The notes beneath the pieces are model-generated. The model had not been told where the DNA came from. It saw only the letters and a list, made by a program, of their open reading frames with translations, and did not search any database. This document shows, piece by piece, positions 1-12,684 of a stretch of DNA of 63,631 bases. Position numbers and translations under genes: made by a program. The first letter of the stretch is position 1; each line of letters begins with the position of its first letter. Origin of the DNA: Trichinella spiralis (lineage: Eukaryota); the NCBI RefSeq assembly GCF_000181795.1, contig NW_003526940.1, forward strand, positions 2,593,502 through 2,657,132, written 5' to 3'.

Positions 1-1424
1 TGTCAGTTTAGGTGGAAAGGACGATTTCATGTCGCTGAGTGCCATTGGAATTTTACTTAAACTGTAACTACCTCTGTTGCGGACCAGGGGATTTTTTTGA
101 ATTTGTTCCATCTCCATTGATACGGAATCGACAGCATCGTTGGAGATGTAGCGGTTGAGTTTTGACTCTTGATCACTTTTTATAAGATCACTCTAACAAA
201 AAGCAAATAAATGTTTTACACTTTTTCTGCAAATATTTAGTATATATATATATTTGTCATTATTCAATTTATTTTGTGATGAATTAAATTTTAAAAAATC
301 CCTTTTTTCATCATTCCAATGCATATTTGACGATTTAGCAATTTTGAAAACATAAACCAGATTTATAATTTCAGTATAAATGAATAATTATATAATGAAA
401 TGATAAAATATTTCCAGTTATAACTTTTGCCCTTTCTCAGTTGAATAAGCAATGACAAGCATCATATTTGTAAAGTTCCTTTCAAAACCATGCATAATTA
501 TTGTAATGGAAAGCTAGTAAGCTATTTTCCTCTATTTTCCGATTTCACATGCTCAGTTGCATTGTTTAATCACTTAATTGCTCTTCAAAAGCCACCCCAT
601 TCATGCATAGGAAAACCTTTTTTCAAGATATGTTAACCATTTAAATTTGAACTGAAATTGAACAAATAAATATAATTCACATATTTTTTTCTGAAAATTT
701 TAAATTACTTTCTCATTGTATTTTTTTATAAGCATTCAAATATTCATTATTTAACTTAATAATATTTTGGCTAATTTAATTTAGATTTTTTGAATTCAAA
801 TAAAAATGTAATATTGAAACAACTTACTTCTTCAGAAAGCATCGTTCACAGCAACTAATTCAAGCATAAATACGCTATTTGATTAAAAAATTAAAATATA
901 ATGGAATATTTATATTTCTGTTCTCATTATATAAACTGGTTACAAAAAATAACACAATTGTTTAATTAAAACAATCGATAGATCATATCTGATAATCAAC
1001 AAAAAAATTATAGTTGACAATAGACAAAATATTTATCATTGCTCATTGTTAAAAATCAACCAGTGATTTAAATTGATTTAAATTAAAAAGATAATCTGAT
1101 AAAAAATATTTCCTTTTTACATTTATTGTATTATACAGAAAGTCTGTGATGATGGCAATAAATTGAGTTTTCAAAAATAATATATGATGCGCACGATCTT
1201 GTTTGATATGCAAAATAAATTATTTATAACATTTGTAAGTGCAATGTGAAAATATTTTATTTAAAGACTCTATTTTCCATACAATTATAAAATGGAAAGC
1301 AAAAAAAAACAATTATAGAAAATTGGCTGAAAATATGAATTATATTTACCTGCACAGCGTTCGCTGCGGTTGTCGGCTGTTGGTGATTTTCACCATTCAT
1401 TTTCAAATTATCCGGATTGTCCAT
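1..1424 (-). CDS. Duplicate 5' exons of the concentrative nucleoside transporter (runs off the window edge)
   Basis: Same MDNPDNLK...NAVQ first exon (1350-1424) and SDLIKSDQES...MEMEQ exon as at 10473-10547 and about 9126-9317. Confidence 0.7.
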
Positions 1425-1780
1425 TTTTAAATCATGTAAAAAATATGCATAAATTTTTTTAAACTTTGTGAACACTTTAAACATCATTTGCATCGAAAGA
1501 TTGGTCGTCAACGGACTATAGTACCGTGTAACACCTTTTATTGACGCAAGGCCAAAATGAAACATCAACGACTGGTNNNNNNNNNNGATTTTCACCCATT
1601 CATTTTTCAAATATCCAGGATGTTCCATTTTTAAATTCATGTAAAAAATATGCATAAATTTTTTTAACTTTGTGAACACTTAAACATCAATTGCATCGAA
1701 AGATTGGTCGTCCAACGGAGCTATAGTAGCGTGTAGCACCTTTTATTGACAGCAAGGCAGAAATGAAACAGCAACGACTG
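1386..1780. repeat. About 190 bp local duplication flanking N-gap 1577-1586 (overlapping, error-prone contig ends)
   Basis: GATTTTCACCATTC...CAACGACTGGT occurs on both sides of the Ns with indels, but only once in the other copy (about 10508-10700). Confidence 0.9.
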
Positions 1781-3770
1781 GTTATACCAGCGCGTGCCGA
1801 AACACAACAGGATGCTATCAAAAGTGTCCTATTGCAAATTTGGAAAATTCAAATTTCATTTAATCCACCAGTCGATCAATCATAATTTCATTTTCAATTA
1901 AATCATAAACAATCAACAAACTATCAAAGATTTATTTATTTATTTATTCGTTGTAAAAAAGAACAATATGCATATTATCCGAAGGTTTGTTTACAACTTT
2001 GTTTAAACATTGCCAAACAACCGAATGAAATATAGAAGAATAAAAATTAGAAATTTTTCAATTTCATAAATTTTATTAAATTAAATTTTCAAAAAAGCTT
2101 TTTTACCTTTTGAAATTATAGAAAACAATAAAGTTCAAAGCAGAAAATGTCCACACGCCTCAAGCCTATTGCTTCAAAGTGCTTTGTGTATGCGGATGTT
2201 TCTATGATCCAAATGTCAAACCAATTTCCATATTCAATTGATGCAAATGTAATTTGATTGCACATAAAAATAGCAGTTATATTATGATAACATACAATAG
2301 TTCACAATACGCAGCTTGCAAAAATATTCTATTGCTTGTCACTCGTCCATAAGAAAAGTGCTTGTTCTTTTCACAGAAACAAACAAATCACAAAATAAAT
2401 TCAGTACAATGTATAAATAATTGAAAACATTTTTCATTGAAAATTAAAATTACTTTTTTTCTGCAATGCCGTCAATTTACATTTTAAACATGCTCTTTCA
2501 GATGAAATCATCACAGCAATGCACTAAATCATTAAAAAAAAACAAAAAATTCATACAAAGTAATATCCATGTATTATTTTATCAAGATATTTCAGTTTGT
2601 TTTATTATTTCGATATATTTTTGTCATTTATTTGAAAATTATTATTTGTCCCTTTTTTTTAATTTTTCTCCAAAATTAAAAATCTCTCGTTTGACAAGGT
2701 AAAAAGCATCACGCATTACAAATCATTTTCGTTAATTTCAAATGACAGATTAAATCACTTTACAATGCACAGAAATGTCAAGATATGCATATCATTGTCG
2801 TCATAATTGGTTGATTAGAAATCAACAATTTGACCTACACACATGTAGAAATTCACGTCGATGATAAGCCAATAAAATACCATCAATTTTCTGACAACTT
2901 TAAATTAATTCATCAGGAAAGCATGTAATATACAAAAAATATGTTACATACGGGTATATTGAATGAAATGCATGAATAATAAATACTAAAGTACACGATT
3001 ATCACCATTATTGTTATTATTATGATTATCATTATTACTTTAGTTATATGAGTGATTGATTGATTGATCGATTAACCAAATATTGCGCTTATGAAAAACA
3101 CAATTTGTATCAAATGCCAAAAAATGTTACTTTTTTAATAAAAGTGGTGTTAAAATGACAAAAAATACAAAATTGTATATGATATGATACGATATGATGA
3201 CAATGTATATAATATGAGCAATTATATTTTCAATTAGAAACATTCTGCTCTATTAAATTAAATAATTTTTATAAATAATAATAATTATTATTGATTTACA
3301 TAGTGCATTTATTGTGAAATATTGTTACATTTTTAATTTAATTTTTACATTTTATTCTTATTAGAAAAAATACGTGAAATAATGTTTAAAACGGATGCGT
3401 GCGTAAAATGTTTTAATTTTATGACGTAAATAATAGGCTTATTTCATCGAATGTAAACATTTTCAATTCAAAAAAATTACATAGAATTTAAAGTGAACAG
3501 TGAAAATGAATTTGCATTTGCATTTAATTCTGCTTTTTATTGCATTCGCACTGCAAGCACAGATAATAAATAACAACAATTTGCATTAAATTCAATTTCA
3601 ATTTTATTAAATAAATAATTTTTTCCAATAAAACAAATAACGACATGATGCACAAAAGCATTTGGCAAGAAAATTATAAGAATCATCAAATTCGGAAAAA
3701 TCATCGATAATTATAATAAATGAATGATGATGCTGCTTTTCAAAAAAAGGTAAAAAAGATAATTTTTTAA

Positions 3771-5687
3771 TTAAGCCCGCTCCATAAGCACATCAATAAC
3801 AACATCACTGTCATCTTGAACATGCGGCAATTGGTTGTCGTGTTCTTCAAACTTTTCATCATATTCATTTTCGAGCAATTTCACAGAATCAGAATTGAAA
3901 TAAATTGGAACATTCGAATATCTAAAAAGTATTACGTATTTATGCAAATGCAAAATATATTGTTAAAATTTGAATTTATTAAAATAATAAAAGAATTCTA
4001 CTAAAACTGACTGATAAGCATTTCTGCTCTTACGATACCAATCACAGGTCATTAAGGCACCAAAAATCACAATGAATAATATTGCAGCGCTGATGCAAGA
4101 GCTGATTACAACCGTCTTGATGCTGTACTGGCTGGACGTGAATGAACCTAAGCACCTGACTGGAACGAAAAATCGCACAGTTAATAGTGTTAATTAAAAA
4201 AAAAAGAATAAAAGCTAATGTTCTACTGACTGCAAAAACGACTTGAGCTTTCATTATTTCCACAGCATCGAATGCACGAAGATCCCAACAGTGAATATCC
4301 TGGATTGCATTCAGAACAGAAATTAGTACCGGGACCATTGCACACTGCGCATGCTATATGGCATTTTTCGCATGTCTACGGAAAAAAGAGAACAGAATTT
4401 CAAATATGAAAATAAAATTGCAAAAAAAATAGTTGACAATAAATATCCCACAACGTTACCACAAACTTGGCATTGAAATAATATCCCCGTTTGCAAGAAC
4501 AATCGTTGCTCTTCGGGTTCGGAGCCTGACCATCTTTGCACAGTGTGCATTGATCAAAACCAGGACCTGAACAGCAAAAACAAAAAAAAATTTGTTTTTT
4601 TCACATTTATCATTTTAAAATTTACAAATTGAAAATTTTCTACTAAACAGGAAAAAAAATTTCACACACATCATTTCACTAAATGGAACACATAAATTAA
4701 TTGTCTATTGTAAAACTGTCATTTCAATTTCAATTATCGATAAATATAAAATCAAATAATAAATAATATTATCATCAACGCAGAGCAAAAAACTGTTTAC
4801 AAAAAGTTGAGTGTTAAATTGTTTACAAAAATGCTGTTTACCGGATTGCAGCTATCGGTAGCTTCCTCCTCTTGAGTTGAAAAAATTTGCTTTAACTTGT
4901 TTTAAAATTTTATTTTGATCCAATGAAAAAATTATTTAATCATCAACAAGCCAACAACTACATTAAGATGAAAAATGCTTCCGCATTGAAGAACAACTTT
5001 TGAACAGAAAAGCTCGAAAAAGAAAAACATGCTAAAAGCTTTCGAAGAAAGCAGAAGAACATGAAAGCGTAAAAACTTGAATTGCAAATGTTTGCTCATA
5101 ACTGAGGGAAGAGGAATTTGTCGTATTCGATTTGAAATTATAAAAAATCTCATGCTAATTTACGCAAACCAAATTATGCTAATAATTCAAAATGAATAAC
5201 GCAGAAATATTAGTTTGATATTCACAATTCTGCTTACCGATACATTTCGCGCAGTCTGGATGACAAGCTTGGCAAACGTGGCCACTTTTTTCACAGTACG
5301 AATTCAAAGGACACTGGTCATTTCGGTCGCAGGGTCGAAGCTTCTGCGGTTCACACTGGCCAACGCTATTCAACGCATAATCAAATTTGCACACTTGGCA
5401 AATATTTGCATTTTTACTGCACTGTTCACAATTTTGAGGGCATCTTCAGAGAAAATTTCTTTTTTCAAAAAAAAATATTAATAATAATAAAATCAACGTC
5501 TACTCGTACTTGACGCATTTTCGTTTATTCACATCGTCGTAATATCCGTCGCCACAGCTTTTCACGCAATGTCCGAATGAGTTCAAAAAATAGCCAAATT
5601 TGCAAAACCGACACGGTCCCTCGGCAGTGCAATTCAAACATCCTTCGTCACATTTGAACAAGCATCTTCTTGCACCATTTATTTTAT
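3771..5687 (-). CDS. Duplicate 3' fragment of the bli-4-like convertase (Cys-rich repeats, TM, tail), truncated at a gap
   Basis: Exons match 12685-14590; the tail has one visible difference (QLPHV vs QLSHV). No catalytic exons precede the gap at 5972. Confidence 0.75.
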
Positions 5688-6878
5688 CTAAATAAAAAAA
5701 TGTTGATTAAAAAACAGAAATACATAAATTTCATCTGAAATTTCATATGGAAATTAAAGTTTGAAAAATTAAAAGTTATATTCAACATTAACTAGTTGCT
5801 CAAGTTCGCATCTTATCACACTTAGTAGTACATACAGTTTTAGCAAAATTTCAAATTGTTTGTCGACACTAATATGCATATTTTCCCCAATCTGCAAGTT
5901 GCATCGTTCAAAGAAAGCTTGATTTCTGTCTCAAATTCTATTTTCATTTCCAATTCATAAAAATCAATTAANNNNNNNNNNAAATAAAATTCAAAAATAA
6001 GAGATATATTCGAGATTTAAGCTATCTAACTGAACTTGTGACTGTTCTTTAGCCACTGGCTCACTATCTTTCTTGCTCCAGCTGAATGAAATTGAATTCT
6101 ACTTCATAAATTGGTTTTGAATTATCTACAAATAACTCATACAGTCCACTCCTTAGTCATTTTTAAGTTTCACTCTTAAAAGATTTTCAAACAGCTTTGT
6201 TTAGCGTCAATTTCTTTGCGCTCTTTTCCTCATCACTGTTTTGAGATTTTTTAGATGATAGAGGCAGTAATGATGTAGTTCAGTTATAAAACAAAAACTT
6301 TGTTATAAAAATTGGGAAATGTGATTATTTATGTCCATATGAGGGAATTTAATGGTGAAGCGCCCCATATCATGCATGATATGTTGTTCGCTTTTGCTTT
6401 ATTATTATTATCAAATGTATTTTGCTGTTTTGTTTATTTATTTGTTGTTGTTTTGATCTAATCAGTGAGACATATACAAGACAAACTGAAAACCAAGAGT
6501 AACACTGATGAGTCCAGCTGACCAGTGAGAAGACACTTGAGCTGAAATCTGGGAACGCTACTATTAGTTTGTTAAAACAGATTAGTCACAAAGAAAATAT
6601 TGAAAATTTTCATTCGACACATTACTACATTTTTAGGTAAATAAAAGGAATGTTTAATTTGAACAAATTAAAAAAGCATTTTGGAAATCTCAAGCAAAAC
6701 ATTGCAACTGATTGAAACAGAGTTGTGAAAAAAAGGCAGTTTCTGAAAGCTTTCCAGAAATGATCTGCGAAATATCAACATCAATATTTTTGCTAAACAG
6801 TTGTAATTTATATTTTAATTCATATTTATTTCAGTTCAAGTAAAATATAATTATATATGACTGTAGATATCAATAAAA

Positions 6879-9800
6879 CTAATGAGGAACTGTGACGTTG
6901 AAACAAGCGGATTGTGCACTAGACAAACAGATTTGTGGTTCAGATATCAGAATACCTAAAATTATGTAATAAGTAAGAAATGAAACTATTTTGATTGTGT
7001 TTTTTCAATTACCTGCCCAGCAAGTTGTAATAAATGACGCAATGCATGCAGTAGCTACAGCTCTTAAAGCATATTTTGCCAGAATGGGTTTGATCTTTGG
7101 ACTGAGACTACCCACAGAGCCAAGCTGAATTCCAATTGATCCAATATTAGCAAAGCTGCACAAAGCGTATGTTGCCATCATTTGTGAGTGACCCTAAATA
7201 TAATTGTTAGTTATACTTTTATACGATTTTTTGAAAGGAAACATATCAATGTTTAAAATGAATGCATTATATTTTATTAAAAATTTAATTATTATTTTAA
7301 AGTTTTTTCTAAAGATTATTATTTAAAAAAATGATAAAAGTACTTACGGAAAGTTTATTAGAAGCTACATATTCTCCTAGTCGTTGGTATGCAATAAATT
7401 CATTTAAAACGACTTTGATACCCATCAACTCAGCGACATACATTGTTTCTTCTACTCTTTTACTAATGTCCATAGAATCGCTGACTCCCATGAAAAATGC
7501 TATTGGAAAAAATATATAGCCAAGTATTTTCTAAAAGCAAAATAAATAAATTAATTAAAATTATGCAGCTTATGTTTAAGGATATATAAATTGTAACCTC
7601 TAAACTCAAGTCATCAATGTCAACCATATTTCCTAGCCATAATATGACTGAATTGATGAATGTTAAAATTGCAATGAAAACAATCAAATTGGCTATAATT
7701 TGAAAAATAACAGTGATAACATCACAAGCACCATTGCTGATTGCTTCTAAAATATTGTTGTATTGCCTAAAAATTAAAAATTTATTTTATAATGAAAAAC
7801 TTCATAAATTTACATTTTTAATTATAATTTTTACCCTTTTGGCAAATCAAGATTTTCGACTTTTTTAGTTGCAGATTCTTCTGTTTCAGGGACAACAATC
7901 TTGGAACAAGCAAGTGACGCTGGCGCTGACATGACACTTGCCGATAATATATATTTCGGACATGCCTTGAAAAATTGAATTTATAAAATAGAAAAATGAA
8001 ATGCTAAAATGAATGAATGTTATTAGCATTTACTCCAAAAGAGACGTAAGCGGCGAAAAGCGAACCAGCAACGGAAGCAAATCCGGCGCACATAATTGCA
8101 AATACTTCCGAATGGGTTAATTGGGATAGATACGGTTTGATGAGAAGTGGCGCTTCGCTTAGGCCGAGAAATATTGAAGCTACTGCATTTAAAGATTCCG
8201 TTGCCGTTGTGCCGAGTGTAATTTGAACAAGCCAGGCAACTTTGATCAGAACAAGCTGCATTACACCAAGTTGATACAGCAAAGCGACAAACGCTCCAAA
8301 ATACAAAATTGCTTGTAATACCTAAAAAATTGAACTTCTTTTTCAACAATCAGTGGTGAATGGAATTTTGCCAAAATTTACGGAAAAAGCAAAAACTGCA
8401 TTCATGCCACAAATTGGAGGCGGATTGACCAGAAAGCCGTACGTAAATGCCGCTCCATATTGTGCAAAATCCAAAAATGCTACAATTTTTTCAGAAATGA
8501 ATTCAAACGCTACAACACCATATTCCCATTGGAGAGCAAACAGTCCAATGCAAAATTGTATTGCAAATCCCCAAATAACGGGACGCCAATTTATCTGAAA
8601 TAACAGAACAAAAAAATGAATTTCATTTAATAAAAATTCAGCTCATATAAAAGATATTCTTACTTTACTTTTATTTTCTGACAGTAGAACCAACAAGAGA
8701 ACAAGGACAACAATTCCAGCTAAGCAGTTCAACCTCTGCCATTGTCCTCTGCAGCAGATCAGAACGATTGCAATGAACACAATGAAAAGTGCCGTAAAAA
8801 CAAAACTACAATTAAATTAAATTAAATTAATTAGTAAAAGATTCTTCTAGCATCTGTTGGTTTAAACTCACCCTCGAAATACAGTTTTTTTCCAACATCT
8901 TTTTATTCTCTTCTTTAAATTTTTAGCAAAGCAAGCATTAATTTTTGAAATGAAGTAAATTTTGAAAATGTATTTATAAAATAAACAAAACCAAAATATT
9001 GCAGTAAATACAATAAGTGCCAAAGCTCTCCGGTAGTTTTTCACAACAGCAAAGATGAAAAAAATATGATAAGCAATGGCTAACAAAAGCCAAAAGCCGT
9101 ATTGGAGATACTTTTTTTGTTGCGTTGTCAGTTTAGGTGGAAAGGACGATTTCATGTCGCTGAGTGCCATTGGAATTTTACTTAAACTGTAACTACCTCT
9201 GTTGCGGACCAGGGGATTTTTTTGAATTTGTTCCATCTCCATTGATACGGAATCGACAGCATCGTTGGAGATGTAGCGGTTCAGTTTTGACTCTTGATCA
9301 CTTTTTATAAGATCACTCTAACAAAAAGCAAATAAATGTTTTACATTTTTTTGCAAATATTTAGCATATATGTATTTGTCATTATTCAGTTTATTTTGTG
9401 ATGAATTAAATTTTAAAAAATCCCTTTTTTCATCATTCCAATGCATATTTGACGATTTAGCAATTTTGAAAACATAAACCAGATTTATAATTTCAGTATA
9501 AATGAATAATTATATAATGAAATGATAAAATATTTCCAGTTATAACTTTTGCCCTTTCTCAGTTGAATAAGCAATGACAAGCATCATATTTGTAAAGTTC
9601 CTTTCAAAACCATGCATAATTATTGTAATGGAAAGCTAGTAAGCTATTTTCCTCTATTTTCCGATTTCACATGCTCAGTTGCATTGTTTAATCACTTAAT
9701 TGCTCTTCAAAAGCCACCCCATTCATGCATAGGAAAACCTTTTTTCAAGATATGTTAACCATTTAAATTTGAACTGAAATTGAACAAATAAATATAATTC

Positions 9801-10547
9801 ACATATTTTTTTCTGAAAATTTTAAATTACTTTCTCATTGTATTTTTTTTATAAGCATTCAAATATTCATTATTTAACTTAATAATATTTTGGCTAATTT
9901 AATTTAGATTTTTTGAATTCAAATAAAAATGTAATATTGAAACAACTTACTTCTTCAGAAAGCATCGTTCAGAGCAACTAATTCAAGCATAAATACGCTA
10001 TTTGATTAAAAAATTAAAATATAATGGAATATTTATATTTCTGTTCTCATTATATAAACTGGTTACAAAAAATAACACAATTGTTTAATTAAAACAATCG
10101 ATAGATCATATCTGATAATCAACAAAAAAATTATAGTTGACAATAGACAAAATATTTATCATTGCTCATTGTTAAAAATCAACCAGTGATTTAAATTGAT
10201 TTAAATTAAAAAGATAATCTGATAAAAAATATTTCCTTTTTACATTTATTGTATTATACAGAAAGTCTGTGATGATGGCAATAAATTGAGTTTTCAAAAA
10301 TAATATATGATGCGCACGATCTTGTTTGATATGCAAAATAAATTATTTATAACATTTGTAAGTGCAATGTGAAAATATTTTATTTAAAGACTCTATTTTC
10401 CATACAATTATAAAATGGAAAGCAAAAAAAAACAATTATAGAAAATTGGCTGAAAATATGAATTATATTTACCTGCACAGCGTTCGCTGCGGTTGTCGGC
10501 TGTTGGTGATTTTCACCATTCATTTTCAAATTATCCGGATTGTCCAT
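6879..10547 (-). CDS. Concentrative Na+/nucleoside cotransporter (SLC28/CNT family), about 10 exons
   Basis: CNT hallmark motifs: INWRPVIWGFAIQF, GTTATESLNAVASIFLGLSEAPLLIKPYL, GFASVAGS, ASVMSAPASLACSK, KVVLNEFIAY, ATYALCSFANIGSIGIQLG. Last exon ILISEPQIC...VPH* has its stop at 6879-6881. Putative first exon 10473-10547 splices in phase 0 to the exon starting near 9317. Confidence 0.92.
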
Positions 10548-12684
10548 TTTTAAATCATGTAAAAATATGCATAAATTTTTTTAACTTTGTGAACACTTAA
10601 ACATCAATTGCATCGAAAGATTGGTCGTCCAACGGAGCTATAGTAGCGTGTAGCACCTTTTATTGACAGCAAGGCAGAAATGAAACAGCAACGACTGGTT
10701 ATACCAGCGCGTGCCGAAACACAACAGGATGCTATCAAAAGTGTCCTATTGCAAATTTGGAAAATTCAAATTTCATTTAATCCACCAGTCGATCAATCAT
10801 AATTTCATTTTCAATTAAATCATAAACAATCAACAAACTATCAAAGATTTATTTATTTATTTATTCGTTGTAAAAAAGAACAATATGCATATTATCCGAA
10901 GGTTTGTTTACAACTTTGTTTAAACATTGCCAAACAACCGAATGAAATATAGAAGAATAAAAATTAGAAATTTTTCAATTTCATAAATTTTATTAAATTA
11001 AATTTTCAAAAAAGCTTTTTTACCTTTTGAAATTATAGAAAACAATAAAGTTCAAAGCAGAAAATGTCCACACGCCTCAAGCCTATTGCTTCAAAGTGCT
11101 TTGTGTATGCGGATGTTTCTATGATCCAAATGTCAAACCAATTTCCATATTCAATTGATGCAAATGTAATTTGATTGCACATAAAAATAGCAGTTATATT
11201 ATAATAACATTCAATCGTTCACAATACGCAGCTTGCAAAAATATTCTATTGCTTGTCACTCGTCCATAAGAAAAGTGCTTGTTCTTTTCACAGAAACAAA
11301 CAAATCACAAAATAAATTCAGTAAAATGTATAAATAATTGAAAACATTTTTCATTGAAAATTAAAATTACTTTTTTTCTGCAATGCCGTCAATTTACATT
11401 TTAAACATGCTCTTTCAGATGAAATCATCACAGCAATGCACTAAATCATTAAAAAAACAAAAAATTCATACAAAGTAATATCCATGTGTTATTTTATCAA
11501 GATATTTCAGTTTGTTTTATTATTTCGATATATTTTTGTCATTTATTGGAAAATTATTATTTGTCCCTTTTTTTAATTTTTCTCCAAAATTAAAAATCTC
11601 TCGTTTGACAAGGTAAAAAGCATCACGCATTACAAATCATTTTCGTTAATTTCAAATGACAGATTAAATCACTTTACAATGCACAGAAATGTCAAGATAT
11701 GCATATCATTGTCGTCATAATTGGTTGATTAGAAATCAACGATTTGACCTACACACATGTAGAAATTCACGTCGATGATAAGCCAATAAAATACCATCAA
11801 TTTTCTGACAACTTTAAATTAATTCATCAGGAAAGCATGTAATATACAAAAAATATGTTACATACGGGTATATTGAATGAAATGCATGAATAATAAATAC
11901 TAAAGTACACGATTATCACCATTATTGTTATTATTATGATTATCATTATTACTTTAGTTATATGAGTGATTGATTGATTGATCGATTAACCAAATATTGC
12001 GCTTATGAAAAACACAATTTGTATCAAATGCCAAAAAATGTTACTTTTTTAATAAAAGTGGTGTTAAAATGACAAAAAATACAAAATTGTATATGATATG
12101 ATACGATATGATGACAATGTATATAATATGAGCAATTATATTTTCAATTAGAAACATTCTGCTCTATTAAATTAAATAATTTTTATAAATAATAATTATT
12201 ATTATTGATTTACATAGTGCATTTATTGTGAAATATTGTTACATTTTTAATTTAATTTTTACATTTTATTCTTATTAGAAAAAATACGTGAAATAATGTT
12301 TAAAACGGATGCGTGCGTAAAATGTTTTAATTTTATGACGTAAATAATAGGCTTATTTCATCGAATGTAAACATTTTCAATTCAAAAAAATTACATAGAA
12401 TTTAAAGTGAACAGTGAAAATGAATTTGCATTTGCATTTAATTCTGCTTTTTATTGCATTCGCACTGCAAGCACAGATAATAAATAACAACAATTTGCAT
12501 TAAATTCAATTTCAATTTTATTAAATAAATAATTTTTTCCAATAAAACAAATAACGACATGATGCACAAAAGCATTTGGCAAGAAAATTATAAGAATCAT
12601 CAAATTTGGAAAAATCATCGATAATTATAATAAATGAATGATGATGCTGCTTTTCAAAAAAAGGTAAAAAAGATAATTTTTTAA

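Larger units (their letters stand above)
1..5971. repeat. Near-identical duplicate of 9126-14873 (5' exons of CNT, intergenic DNA, 3' exons of bli-4), ending at an N-gap
   Basis: Position 1 TGTCAGTTTAGGTGG matches 9126. The identity continues, with scattered SNPs and homopolymer or short indels, up to the N run at 5972-5981. ORF pairs repeat (3771/12685, 5179/14082). Confidence 0.95.

Noticed and set aside
1386..1780. Tandem duplication of the CNT first exon and promoter
   Set aside because: Flanks a 10-N gap, is error-rich and is absent from the second copy: an overlapping contig-end artefact.
5982..6620. Coding-looking minus-strand stretches downstream of CNT
   Set aside because: I could not build a consistent spliced ORF or recognise a domain before the gap.
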